From a virus: a stretch of DNA of 36,845 bases. The notes beneath the pieces are model-generated. The model was given only the letters and a program-made list of their open reading frames with translations. It searched no databases and had not been told where the DNA came from. Below, piece by piece: positions 24,811 through 33,364 of this stretch; positions within the stretch are counted from its first letter, which is position 1, and each line of letters starts with the position of its first letter. The DNA lies in the IMG/VR virus record IMGVR_UViG_3300045988_085549, positions 1 to 36,845 of that record; one strand, 5' to 3'. The translations under genes and the position numbers were made by a program.

Positions 24811-25931
24811 ATTCTTGTCCTTGTATAATCAGCTTTTAGTCCAGTTGTTTTATTAAACTCTCTATATTTTCTTCTATATTCTTTTAACTCTTCTTTTAAC
24901 TTGTTTTTTATGTTATTTCCTACATCAGTATCTATTTTTATGCTTTCAATAGCTCTTTTTTTGTTTCTAATGTTTCTTTCATAGTATCTTTGTTGTTGTT
25001 CTGCCTCGTATAAAGGCATTTTTTTGCCCTTATAAAGCACGTTTTCGTTTTGATAGTCTTGTAGTTCCTTATTGGTATAATTTGGCTCTGATACGCCTAA
25101 AATAATACCAAAATAACTATGTCTACAATTATAATCATCCCATAGTTCAGCTATTGGCTCTCCATCTACTTCATCATACCAATAGCCTACACCATATTTT
25201 TCGCTATCTTTTCTTGTTAAAGCATATTGTTTCCCTTGTGCTACTGCATGGCTTGGTCTAGCTCCACTATGAGCTGATACTTCGTAACCATCACATCCAA
25301 GTTCTTCAAATATCTCTTTATTTATCTTATTAGTTGTATCTTGAATACCACCTAATACATTTCTTCTTACTGCTACATCTAATTGTACATTTCTACCAAC
25401 ACTATCTTTTAATTTTATTCCTTGTTCTGCTAGTTCCTTGTATGTATTATATATAGCTTTATTATAATCTATTCCTCCACTTATTACTTGCATATATGCT
25501 TTATCTACTGCCTCTATATACAAATTTTCACTTTGAAAAGCTATTGATTTTACTAAATTCTTTAATGTGCCTCTTGTTGATTTTAAGCCTTGATTTAATA
25601 TTCTTAATTGATTGCTATTTAGTTTAAATGCTTTTCCTCTATACTTAAATTCTTGCTTATAATGTTTTAAATCTTCATGTGCATATTCTTCGTATATTCT
25701 TTTTAGCTCTTTATTTGTATCTTTAGTGATTCCACTTGCATTATCTAAAGCTTTATAAAACACTTCTTTAGAGCCTATTTCTTCCAAAGACTTTATTTGT
25801 GCTTTCGTAAATGATGTTATATTTCCTGTGCTTTCTATTTTGTTTATTATGTCAGATATAATAGTTATTTGTAAGTTATCGTATATTTCTACTAACTTAT
25901 CAAAGTTTATTGTATCTACTAAATTCTTCAT
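24807..25931 (-). CDS. Head morphogenesis protein (SPP1 gp7 / Mu F-like minor capsid protein)
   Basis: 374 aa. Follows the portal gene. The C-terminal region ARPSHAVAQGKQY...WDDYNCRHSY fits the MuF-type domain. Confidence 0.7.
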   Translation of the reverse strand: MKNLVDTINFDKLVEIYDNLQITIISDIINKIESTGNITSFTKAQIKSLEEIGSKEVFYKALDNASGITKDTNKELKRIYEEYAHEDLKHYKQEFKYRGKAFKLNSNQLRILNQGLKSTRGTLKNLVKSIAFQSENLYIEAVDKAYMQVISGGIDYNKAIYNTYKELAEQGIKLKDSVGRNVQLDVAVRRNVLGGIQDTTNKINKEIFEELGCDGYEVSAHSGARPSHAVAQGKQYALTRKDSEKYGVGYWYDEVDGEPIAELWDDYNCRHSYFGIILGVSEPNYTNKELQDYQNENVLYKGKKMPLYEAEQQQRYYERNIRNKKRAIESIKIDTDVGNNIKNKLKEELKEYRRKYREFNKTTGLKADYTRTRI

Positions 25932-27361
25932 TATTCCTCACTTACTTCTTTTATTGAGTTTTCTTCTTCTATTCTTTGAAGTTCAGCTAGTGCTTCTTCT
26001 TCAGTCCAATTATTTATCTTCATTAAGTAAGTTCTTTTTGACATAAGCCCCATATTATATTCTTGTCTGTATTGTTCTTTTAGTTCTTCATCACTAACCA
26101 AGATTCCATCTCTATTAGCCACTTCTACAATACAATTTTCATCGACTTTTTCATTAAATACTAATCTACCAAGTAATAAAGCTCCTTTTATAATATCACT
26201 TATAAACTCGTCTAAGTTATTACGATACTTTTTAGCATTTTTCATTAAGTCTTGTCTATCTCCTGCATATTGTGTCGCAGTTACTACACTTCCACCACTA
26301 AATTCATAATATTTAGTTCCTAACATAGCTTTAAAACTTAATATATCCAATGAGAATTGAATACCATCTTTATTTTCAGTTGTTCTTAAACTTGGATTTA
26401 TTTCTTGTACTAACTCTTTATCAGATAGTCCATCTCCTATTTCCATCCATTGTTGTTTACTTATGTCATCAGGATATACAGGTATTTCTTTAACTTCTTT
26501 TGTTCCATCTTCCTTAGTTACAGTTACATTTTTATATTTAACAAGGTTTTTATTATAAATTAATTTCTTACCACCTAAATAAAAGTCCATTACTGAATTA
26601 TGATATTTTATATCACAATCTTTTAATTGGTCTATTGCATTTGCATATACTGAAAGCCCTAAACCTAGATTATCTTCTATTTCATTGTCAATAGGTGGCA
26701 TTAATAAAGCAAATAAAGGTATATCACTTTGCGTTTCCATTTTCTTAATAATATTATCAAGATTTACTTCTTCTTTTGTTTCTTCGTCTATAAATACATT
26801 TGTTATTACATAACCATTGTCTTTTAACTCATGTATCTCTAAACATATTATTGTTTTACCTTTTACTACTTTTTCACTTACAAAAGCTACATCTATTATT
26901 TTTTCGTGTTCTATTCTTAAAGGTATTATATGGTCTGCACTTACTAATATTAAATCATAGTCAGTTTTATCAGTCTTTTCTATAATACCATTGTTTACTT
27001 TTATATTCTTTAATCTGAATATACTACCACAAGTTCCACTCCATGCACTTTTTTCTATTGCTATTGGTAGTTTCTTTCTTAATCTTGTTTTACTAACAAA
27101 CTTTTCTACAAAACTTTTATTTTTAGTTTTATTAGTTGCTATCTCATCTTTTTCAGTAAAAATTATACTACTCCAGTCCTCACATAATCTTTTTGCCATA
27201 CCCAAAGTGTACATTTGTCTTTGGTCTCCATAAAAATCTCTATATGTATGGAAGTCAACTTGATTCATAAACCAAGACTTCCATATATCTATGTAATTAT
27301 ACATTGATGTTTCAGGTAACAAATACCCATTTTCTCTTAAATACTCTAATGCTGTATCCAT
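25931..27361 (-). CDS. Portal protein
   Basis: 476 aa. Immediately downstream of the large terminase and upstream of the MuF-like gene. Confidence 0.8.
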   Translation of the reverse strand: MDTALEYLRENGYLLPETSMYNYIDIWKSWFMNQVDFHTYRDFYGDQRQMYTLGMAKRLCEDWSSIIFTEKDEIATNKTKNKSFVEKFVSKTRLRKKLPIAIEKSAWSGTCGSIFRLKNIKVNNGIIEKTDKTDYDLILVSADHIIPLRIEHEKIIDVAFVSEKVVKGKTIICLEIHELKDNGYVITNVFIDEETKEEVNLDNIIKKMETQSDIPLFALLMPPIDNEIEDNLGLGLSVYANAIDQLKDCDIKYHNSVMDFYLGGKKLIYNKNLVKYKNVTVTKEDGTKEVKEIPVYPDDISKQQWMEIGDGLSDKELVQEINPSLRTTENKDGIQFSLDILSFKAMLGTKYYEFSGGSVVTATQYAGDRQDLMKNAKKYRNNLDEFISDIIKGALLLGRLVFNEKVDENCIVEVANRDGILVSDEELKEQYRQEYNMGLMSKRTYLMKINNWTEEEALAELQRIEEENSIKEVSEE

Positions 27362-27362
27362 T

Positions 27363-28694
27363 TTATCCTCCTAATATCATTAATTGTTTGTTCCATACTT
27401 CTATACCATAATTAAATGCGTCAAGTATATCTATGTCAGAAGTTCCATCATCAAGCCAACGATCATCTTCTGCTTCATCGTCTTGTGTAGCTTCTTGCAA
27501 AGCCTTGACTATTATATCAGTATGTTCCCTCTTAAATTTTAGTCTATCTTGCATTAAAAGTACACCTATTAAGTGTATTCTGTCTTTAATTTCTATTTTT
27601 ATACTTGCTTTTACTGGTATATGTAAGCCCTCATTTATTAAACATTGTTGTAAAAAGTCTATAAGTTCAGGTTCAGCTCCATCAGCAAATATATAATCTA
27701 TTCTACCATAATGTTTTAATACCCATTTTACATGAGCTATAAAACCATCTTTTAACTGCTTTAACTTTTTACCTATTCCATCAGTTTCCATTATTTCTTC
27801 CTGTGTAGAGCAGTCTACTTCATCACTTCTTATTACTTGTATGTTTCTATAACTTCTTGATATTATCTGACTACAAAAAGCGTGTTTAGAGCCATTTTTA
27901 CCAAAATCTACTCCTGTTGTTATTAATCCTAACATAGTATCATCAGTTAAGTATCTTTCTTTGTTGTTTGCTATTAAATCAAATAACACTCCAGCATTTG
28001 CCATACGAATACCTAATATATCTCTTTTATACCATATTGAGTTCTTATCGTAAGTTTCCAATGTCTTTTTAAGTTTTATATCAGTAATAGCCATATTATC
28101 AAATATATTAAAGTGTTCATAGTTATAACCATAATTAGGATTTTCTCTTTGCTTTTTCTCGTGAAAGTCTAATATTTCAGTATAATACCAATGAGCTGGT
28201 GGTTTAGGGTTTAAATCGTGAAATATCTTTCTATCACTTGACGATATAGTTCTATCCATTACTTCTTTTAAGAACTTTTGGTGGCACTCGTTAGCCTCTG
28301 TTATATAAGCCATACCATAAGTATTACCTTTAATGTATTTCTCGTCTCCATCTTTAGCTCCACCACTTATAAGAAGTATTTTTTCTTTACCATCTGCACA
28401 TCTTACATACAAGCAGTCTTTGTTCTTGTATTTTCCCTCTCTATATCTACCACTAAAATAATTAGTTATTCCATATCCATCACAGTCTATTATATTTAAC
28501 TTAACATTTGCTATACTTACTCCTGCTAGTAAATGAAGTCTATCAGGATGGTTTTCTAATAGAATACAAAAACAAAGGGCATTAAGTACGTTTTTTCCTC
28601 CTCTTTTCCCACCCTCTGCTACATTAAACCATGAACTTTTACATTTGTTTAAATAGTTTATTTGTTTTATATTAAATGGAGCATAATTATTCAT
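27363..28694 (-). CDS. terL: Terminase large subunit (PBSX/Terminase_3-like)
   Basis: 443 aa. N-terminal ATPase region (FNVAEGGKRGGKN Walker-A-like; LLISGGAKDG...AYITEANE). C-terminal nuclease-like region. Overlaps the TerS stop. Confidence 0.85.
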   Translation of the reverse strand: MNNYAPFNIKQINYLNKCKSSWFNVAEGGKRGGKNVLNALCFCILLENHPDRLHLLAGVSIANVKLNIIDCDGYGITNYFSGRYREGKYKNKDCLYVRCADGKEKILLISGGAKDGDEKYIKGNTYGMAYITEANECHQKFLKEVMDRTISSSDRKIFHDLNPKPPAHWYYTEILDFHEKKQRENPNYGYNYEHFNIFDNMAITDIKLKKTLETYDKNSIWYKRDILGIRMANAGVLFDLIANNKERYLTDDTMLGLITTGVDFGKNGSKHAFCSQIISRSYRNIQVIRSDEVDCSTQEEIMETDGIGKKLKQLKDGFIAHVKWVLKHYGRIDYIFADGAEPELIDFLQQCLINEGLHIPVKASIKIEIKDRIHLIGVLLMQDRLKFKREHTDIIVKALQEATQDDEAEDDRWLDDGTSDIDILDAFNYGIEVWNKQLMILGG

Positions 28695-29085
28695 CTATAT
28701 TATCCTCCGTTCTTGTTTTTACTGGATTATTTATTAAATAAGCTATATTACTTATATTTCGATTTACTTGTGTGTTATCTATTTCATCAGGATATTTTTC
28801 TTTTTGATTCAAGTGCTGTTTTCCTAACCATATCTGCATAGTTACATTTCCTTTTTCTGCACTTTTCATTTGCCATCTTCTTAATGAAATATTGCCTTTA
28901 CTACATTTCTTTTTATATACGTCCGAAAATGTTTCATTATAAGTTTTCTTACACCATGTTTCTACTGTATCTTCGCTTACATCAAAAAACTCTGATATTT
29001 CTATTAAGGTACACCACATACCACATAATCTTTCAAATTGTTCTTTATTAATTTTGTCTTGTGCTGGTGTATCTCCTTTCTTCAT
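28687..29085 (-). CDS. terS: Terminase small subunit (HTH type)
   Basis: 132 aa. FERLCGMWCTLIEISEFFDVSEDTVETWCKK is an HTH. LRRWQMKSAEKGNVTMQIWLGKQHLNQ is typical of small terminases. Lies upstream of TerL. Confidence 0.7.
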   Translation of the reverse strand: MKKGDTPAQDKINKEQFERLCGMWCTLIEISEFFDVSEDTVETWCKKTYNETFSDVYKKKCSKGNISLRRWQMKSAEKGNVTMQIWLGKQHLNQKEKYPDEIDNTQVNRNISNIAYLINNPVKTRTEDNIDE

Positions 29086-29106
29086 TGAAACACCTCCTTT
29101 ATTTAA

Positions 29107-29904
29107 TTAATATAATCCCCACTCTGCAAATTTTTCAAATCCACCTTGTTCTTTAATATATTGTCTAGCTATTTCTACTATTTCTGAATAAGGTTTACCA
29201 TCTATTGTGTCATCTCCTATTGCACAGCATAATTCTACTGGTTTACCTGTTTCTTGTGCTTTTAAGAATGCATATATATTTACTGATACATCAGCCTTTG
29301 ATAAATCTTTACCATGCAAACCTCCACCTGTTACACTTTGAGCCATATCACTACCTAACTTTCTATTAGTAGCTCCTGTATCTACATCGGTGCCACCTGT
29401 CCAATATCCTAGTGGATTAAATATATAATCTTCACTATCTCCTATTAATTTTTTTAAATCGTGATCTGTTGCATTGCTTTGACAACATATGAACTTATCA
29501 TCAGTTAATATGTATTTACCATCACTTTCAAACTCATCATATATTTTTCTTGCTAATTCACTTATCTTCTTTTCATTATCAGTTAGTGGTACGCCTTTGA
29601 ATATTCCATTATCTCCACATCTTGTTTCTTCTGCTTGATTTTTAGCAAGTTCTGTGTCTTGTTCTACATCGTTTAATCTTGTTAATATATCTGTTCTACC
29701 CGTAATTCTGCATACTATATCAAATACTTCATCTATTGTAATTTTACAGCTACTTTCTATTATAACATCACATTCTTTATGTCCTATTAACACTTCTACT
29801 GCTATTTTAGGATTTTCTTCTTTTGTGTATGCTAAGTCAACTATTGCACCTGCTATTCTATCTGCCACCTTATCTGGGTGGCTTGGATTTACTTTTTCTA
29901 TCAT
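29107..29904 (-). CDS. metK: Truncated S-adenosylmethionine synthetase (MetK-family) protein
   Basis: 265 aa. SHPDKVADRIAGAIVD matches MetK GHPDKIADQISDAVLD. CGDNGIFKG matches GDQGLMFGY. NPLGYWTGGTDVDTGATNRKLGSD...GGGLHGKDLSKADVS matches NPTGRF..GGP.GD.GLTGRKIIVDTYGG..HGGGAFSGKDPSKVDRS. The start lies 1 nt after the MTase stop. Confidence 0.8.
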   Translation of the reverse strand: MIEKVNPSHPDKVADRIAGAIVDLAYTKEENPKIAVEVLIGHKECDVIIESSCKITIDEVFDIVCRITGRTDILTRLNDVEQDTELAKNQAEETRCGDNGIFKGVPLTDNEKKISELARKIYDEFESDGKYILTDDKFICCQSNATDHDLKKLIGDSEDYIFNPLGYWTGGTDVDTGATNRKLGSDMAQSVTGGGLHGKDLSKADVSVNIYAFLKAQETGKPVELCCAIGDDTIDGKPYSEIVEIARQYIKEQGGFEKFAEWGLY

Positions 29905-29905
29905 A

Positions 29906-31087
29906 TTATTCTCCTTCTATCTTTACTGCCTTTTCTCCTGTAAAGTTTTCCCATCTTTGTATGATTACATCAATATAATGTGGGTCTAGTTCCATCATAT
30001 AACATTTTCTATTTAATTGTTCACAAGCAATAAGTGTTGAACCACTACCACCAAATATATCTAAAACAACATTATTTTCATTGCTACTATTTTTTATTGC
30101 TCTTGCTGGAATAGTAACAGGTTTTTGAGTAGGGTGTTCATAACTACTAACTTTTTCTCTATCTTCATCCCAAACATCCATTTCATCGTGATTTGCATTC
30201 CATATATTTAATTTATCACCTTTTACACCAAATAAAATTAATTCATGTTTTGTTCTATAATAAGTTCCTAAACCAAAATAATTTTTATTCCATACAATCA
30301 TCGATTTTTGATTAAACGCCTCTTTAAAGCATTTTTCTAATTGTGAGTAATGTTTCCAATCCATGCACTCATAAACTGATGCACCATCTTTAATATTTAT
30401 ATAAATAGTTGAATTCAAATCAATTAAAAAATCATCAAACGCTTCATGTGACATATTATCATTTAATATCCCGCCCCAGGGCTTTCTTCTATCTTTATCA
30501 ACTCTTGATGAATAATCAGCATTATATGGTGGGTCGGTAAATACCATATCAGCCTTAACACCATTCATTAATTTATTAACATCTTCTTCTTTTGTACTAT
30601 CTCCACACATTAATCTATGTTTTCCTAATTGATATATATCTCCTAATTTTGCTTTTGGTTCTTCTGGAACATCAGGAACTTCATCTTCTATTATTTCTTG
30701 TTCCTCTTCAATATCAAAATCTAAATCAAATCCAAAATCTGACATATCAATATTATCAAAGTTCATTAATTCATCGTTTAATATATCCAAATCAAAATCA
30801 CTATTCATAGTTAATTTATTATGAGCTAGTGTATAAGCCTTACGTTCTTCATCGGTTAAATGGTCTAAACGGATAATAGGAACTTCTTTATAGCCTAATT
30901 GTTTACAAGCAATTAATCTACCATGTCCCTCTACTATTTCATCTTTCCATATTCCAATTGGATCGTCCATTCCAAATTGCTCTATTGATTTTTTAATTTG
31001 TTCAATTTGTTCTTCAGGGTGCAACTTAGCATTATTTTTATATGGTTTAATGCTATTAATATCCACATATTCAATTTTTAATTCCAT
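29906..31087 (-). CDS. ParB-like nuclease domain fused to an N6/N4 DNA methyltransferase (orphan)
   Basis: 393 aa. N-terminal ParB-N-like region (IKPYKNNAKLHPEEQIEQIKKSIEQFGMDDPIGIW...VEGHGRLIA). MTase motif IV MVFTDPPYNADY and motif I VLDIFGGSGSTLIA. Confidence 0.85.
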   Translation of the reverse strand: MELKIEYVDINSIKPYKNNAKLHPEEQIEQIKKSIEQFGMDDPIGIWKDEIVEGHGRLIACKQLGYKEVPIIRLDHLTDEERKAYTLAHNKLTMNSDFDLDILNDELMNFDNIDMSDFGFDLDFDIEEEQEIIEDEVPDVPEEPKAKLGDIYQLGKHRLMCGDSTKEEDVNKLMNGVKADMVFTDPPYNADYSSRVDKDRRKPWGGILNDNMSHEAFDDFLIDLNSTIYINIKDGASVYECMDWKHYSQLEKCFKEAFNQKSMIVWNKNYFGLGTYYRTKHELILFGVKGDKLNIWNANHDEMDVWDEDREKVSSYEHPTQKPVTIPARAIKNSSNENNVVLDIFGGSGSTLIACEQLNRKCYMMELDPHYIDVIIQRWENFTGEKAVKIEGE

Positions 31088-31124
31088 ATTTTCTCCTTAT
31101 AAATACCATAGAATAGATATACGA

Positions 31125-31153
31125 ATTGTACTAGGTAGAAGTTTCCTGTACAA
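31125..31153 (-). promoter_or_regulatory. Candidate promoter (TTGTAC, 17 nt, TACAAT) for the MTase-MetK-late operon
   Basis: Minus strand reads TTGTACaggaaacttctacctagTACAAT, 38-66 nt upstream of the ATG at 31087. Confidence 0.4.
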
Positions 31154-31259
31154 TAATCAACCAACCACGCATGGTACTTCTAATATCGTTGATATGCATC
31201 TATATACCTACTCTATGCTACTCACAAGGAATAGCTAATCATTGTTTGACAGGTACTAC

Positions 31260-31436
31260 CTATAAAGGCCTGTTATTTTCTTTTCTTAATACTTTTATAT
31301 TGTTTTCGTATTTTTCTTCATTTAAAAATAAATTTGTATTTAATGCTATTTCTATCTTGTCTATTAATTCTATATCTGAACTTAATACAGCTTTTATTAT
31401 TATCTCTTTTGCTTTTATTAGGCTTTCTTTATCCAT
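31260..31436 (-). CDS. Small hypothetical protein, paralog of 35750..35950
   Basis: 58 aa from the ATG at 31436 (GGAGG upstream; the track TTG at 31448 lies in the RBS). It shares the pattern SL..A....I.K.LS.S.I...DK.E...N.N..L.EE.YE..I.VL with the 35750 gene. Confidence 0.55.
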   Translation of the reverse strand: MDKESLIKAKEIIIKAVLSSDIELIDKIEIALNTNLFLNEEKYENNIKVLRKENNRPL

Positions 31437-31527
31437 AATAACCTCCAATTAATGTGTGTCAAACTAGCTATCACAAACTCACACACCAAGCTAAGAGAAA
31501 AATGAAGAACAATAGCTTTTAAAATAA

Positions 31528-31740
31528 TTAATCTTTTATAGTATAATCTTTATTAAATTTTTCTTTGTATTCTTCTACAAAACCTTTAGCTCTTAATTCT
31601 TCAAATCTTGGATAGTCTAATTCTCTTGGTTTTACCATACCTTTTTCTACTTCTTCTTTATCTCTTTCTACTAATTGATAATTATTAAGTCTATCGTTGA
31701 AGTCTTTTAATACTACTACTTTCACTTTTAATGGTTTCAT
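31528..31740 (-). CDS. Small hypothetical protein
   Basis: 70 aa. RBS GGAGG. Start 1 nt after the upstream stop. Confidence 0.55.
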   Translation of the reverse strand: MKPLKVKVVVLKDFNDRLNNYQLVERDKEEVEKGMVKPRELDYPRFEELRAKGFVEEYKEKFNKDYTIKD

Positions 31741-31741
31741 A

Positions 31742-32071
31742 CTATACCTCCTCTAATTTTATTTTGTATTTATACATAAAAAGTTTCTTTTTTAGTATAT
31801 ATACCTTGTCTTTTCTTGTGGCTGGGCTTTTAACATCTACTACTACAAGTTTATTGTCTTTTTTATAGGTAAAATCTGCATAATAACTTATACTTCTTAT
31901 GGTTTCATTACCTATTTTATAACTTGGTTGTAACTCAAATTTTACTTGCCTTTTTAAATCTGTTATAAGTCCTCTTTTCTCATAGTTCTCTAATATTATG
32001 TAATAATCTCTTTCTTTTTTAGAATCAAACTTAATTCCTTTGTATTCACATTTTATATTGTGATATTTCAT
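31742..32071 (-). CDS. DUF1064-family protein (RecU/PD-(D/E)XK-like putative resolvase)
   Basis: KYHNIKCEYKGIKFDSKKERDYYIILE...QVKFELQP...YYADFTY...VVVDVKS matches the DUF1064 pattern. ATG at 32071 follows GGAGAG. Confidence 0.6.
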   Translation of the reverse strand: MKYHNIKCEYKGIKFDSKKERDYYIILENYEKRGLITDLKRQVKFELQPSYKIGNETIRSISYYADFTYKKDNKLVVVDVKSPATRKDKVYILKKKLFMYKYKIKLEEV

Positions 32072-32090
32072 ATTATCTCTCCACACCTAT

Positions 32091-32119
32091 ATTATACTAC
32101 TTTTAAAGAAAAAAAGCAA
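32091..32119 (-). promoter_or_regulatory. Sigma-A-type promoter (TTGCTT, 17 nt, TATAAT)
   Basis: Minus strand reads TTGCTTtttttctttaaaagtagTATAATataggtg. Confidence 0.55.
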
Positions 32120-32129
32120 AGTTTTACCT

Positions 32130-32411
32130 TTACTTATAATTTCTTCTGAATATTTTTATAAAATCTTCATCATTTTTATTGTAATATTCACAAAATTTAG
32201 TTTGTGCTAGTTGTTTTAATTCTAAATCAAATTCTTTATTAAAATGAACTCCCTCATCACTTAAATTGTGATGTTTTCCACATAACCATACTTTTAAACC
32301 ATATTTCTCACTATTTTGTCTATTTCGCCCCTCCAGTACGTGATGAGAGTGGAGCCCTAATGTAGTTTTGCACTTCCAACACTCTTTATTTATCTGAATT
32401 ATGCTTTTCAT
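32130..32411 (-). CDS. Small Cys/His-rich HNH- or NinG/Rap-like nuclease (putative)
   Basis: 93 aa. CWKCKTTLGLHSHHVLEGRNRQNSEKYGLKVWLCGKHHN has a CxxC...HxHH...CxxHH zinc/HNH-type layout. Confidence 0.4.
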   Translation of the reverse strand: MKSIIQINKECWKCKTTLGLHSHHVLEGRNRQNSEKYGLKVWLCGKHHNLSDEGVHFNKEFDLELKQLAQTKFCEYYNKNDEDFIKIFRRNYK

Positions 32412-32490
32412 CTTGTACTCTCTTTAATTCTAATTCTAATAATATCAATGCTATTAAGTTTAACGCTAATAATATACTTAACACGATCAT
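32386..32490 (-). CDS. Possible 34-aa hydrophobic peptide (not in the ORF track)
   Basis: RBS AGGAGTG plus ATG at 32490. Translation: MIVLSILLALNLIALILLELELKRVQDEKHNSDK. Overlaps the next gene by 26 nt. Confidence 0.25.
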   Translation of the reverse strand: MIVLSILLALNLIALILLELELKRVQDEKHNSDK

Positions 32491-32500
32491 TTTATCACTC

Positions 32501-32707
32501 CTAATTAAAATTCATACCTAAAGCTTTTTCTATTTCATAGCTAGGTTTTTTACCATCTATTCTTGCTTTTATTATGTTTATTCTTTCTTGTTCTAACTTT
32601 TTGTATTCTTTTGTTTTATTACTATCTTTTTTTAAATACTTCTCATAGTTTTCTAATGCTCTTACTAACATATTTTTTTCATTAGATAACATTTTAATTT
32701 CCACCAT
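32501..32707 (-). CDS. Small hypothetical protein
   Basis: 63-68 aa, Lys/Glu-rich. Two plausible ATG starts (32707 or 32692), each with an SD. Confidence 0.5.
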   Translation of the reverse strand: MVEIKMLSNEKNMLVRALENYEKYLKKDSNKTKEYKKLEQERINIIKARIDGKKPSYEIEKALGMNFN

Positions 32708-33164
32708 ATTTTACCTCATAATCTTCCATTAATTTTTTTATTTCAATATCTTCTTTAGTTTCAATACCTACATCCCTGCACTCTTGAACTACACCATCTA
32801 ATAGTTGTGAAAATTCTTTTGTATTTAACTTACTTGTTCTTTTGTAATAAATATAACAGTCCCATCCATTGTCTTCCTTTATCCATTTCATATAATCGTA
32901 TATTCCTGATGTATCAGTTCCTTTAGGAAACTTACTACCTATTACTTTATCTCCATCAGTTGCTATTGTTCCATAGTCTAAATTCATTTTTATTTTCATT
33001 TCTTCATCTGATAAATTGTAATATCTAGCTAGTTTATTTATAAGTAAATGAAAGTAAGCATTTGCACTTAAACCTCTTTTTTCTTTATATTCTTCTATTT
33101 TATATTTTTTATTAGGGTCTAAAGTCCAACAATAAGCTGATAGTTCTTTAGGATGACCTATCAT
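32694..33164 (-). CDS. NinB/Orf-like recombination mediator (putative)
   Basis: KRGLSANAYFHLLINKLA and YKRTSKLNTKEFSQLLDGVVQECRDVGIET parallel lambda Orf RSLDQNRKLWACLGDVS and GQSTSRMRVGEFAELLELIQAFG. ATG at 33164 in an ATGA overlap (the track GTG at 33173 is less likely). Confidence 0.45.
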   Translation of the reverse strand: MIGHPKELSAYCWTLDPNKKYKIEEYKEKRGLSANAYFHLLINKLARYYNLSDEEMKIKMNLDYGTIATDGDKVIGSKFPKGTDTSGIYDYMKWIKEDNGWDCYIYYKRTSKLNTKEFSQLLDGVVQECRDVGIETKEDIEIKKLMEDYEVKYGGN

Positions 33165-33364
33165 TTTAAACACCTTATTGTTCTGCTTTTACCTTTCTCA
33201 TATTCTATATATCCTAAACTTTTTAATCTTCTTACCATAACCATAGGAGTAGCTGAAGATGTAGTACCAGCTAACTCTCCTATTTCTCTTATAGTTGGAG
33301 AATAACCATGTTTATTTATGTAATTTTTTATAATATCATAATATTCTTCTAATCTTTTTGTCAA
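33161..33364 (-). CDS. LexA N-terminal DNA-binding domain-only protein (no S24 peptidase domain)
   Basis: 67 aa. IKNYINKHGYSPTIREIGELAGTTSSATPMVMVRRLKSLGYIEYEKGKSRTIRCL follows the LexA winged-helix pattern (GY-P-[ST]-[VI]-REIGE..G..SS.T....L...G.I...R.I). TTG start with GGAGG 9 nt upstream, overlapping the SSB stop. Confidence 0.7.
   Translation of the reverse strand: MTKRLEEYYDIIKNYINKHGYSPTIREIGELAGTTSSATPMVMVRRLKSLGYIEYEKGKSRTIRCLK

Noticed and set aside
31088-31259. SAM riboswitch upstream of the methyltransferase-MetK operon
   Set aside because: The idea is attractive, but I could not find the conserved cores of the SAM-I (S-box), SAM-II, SMK or SAM/SAH classes in either strand. Only a generic long-range helix is present. 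A covariance-model scan would be decisive.
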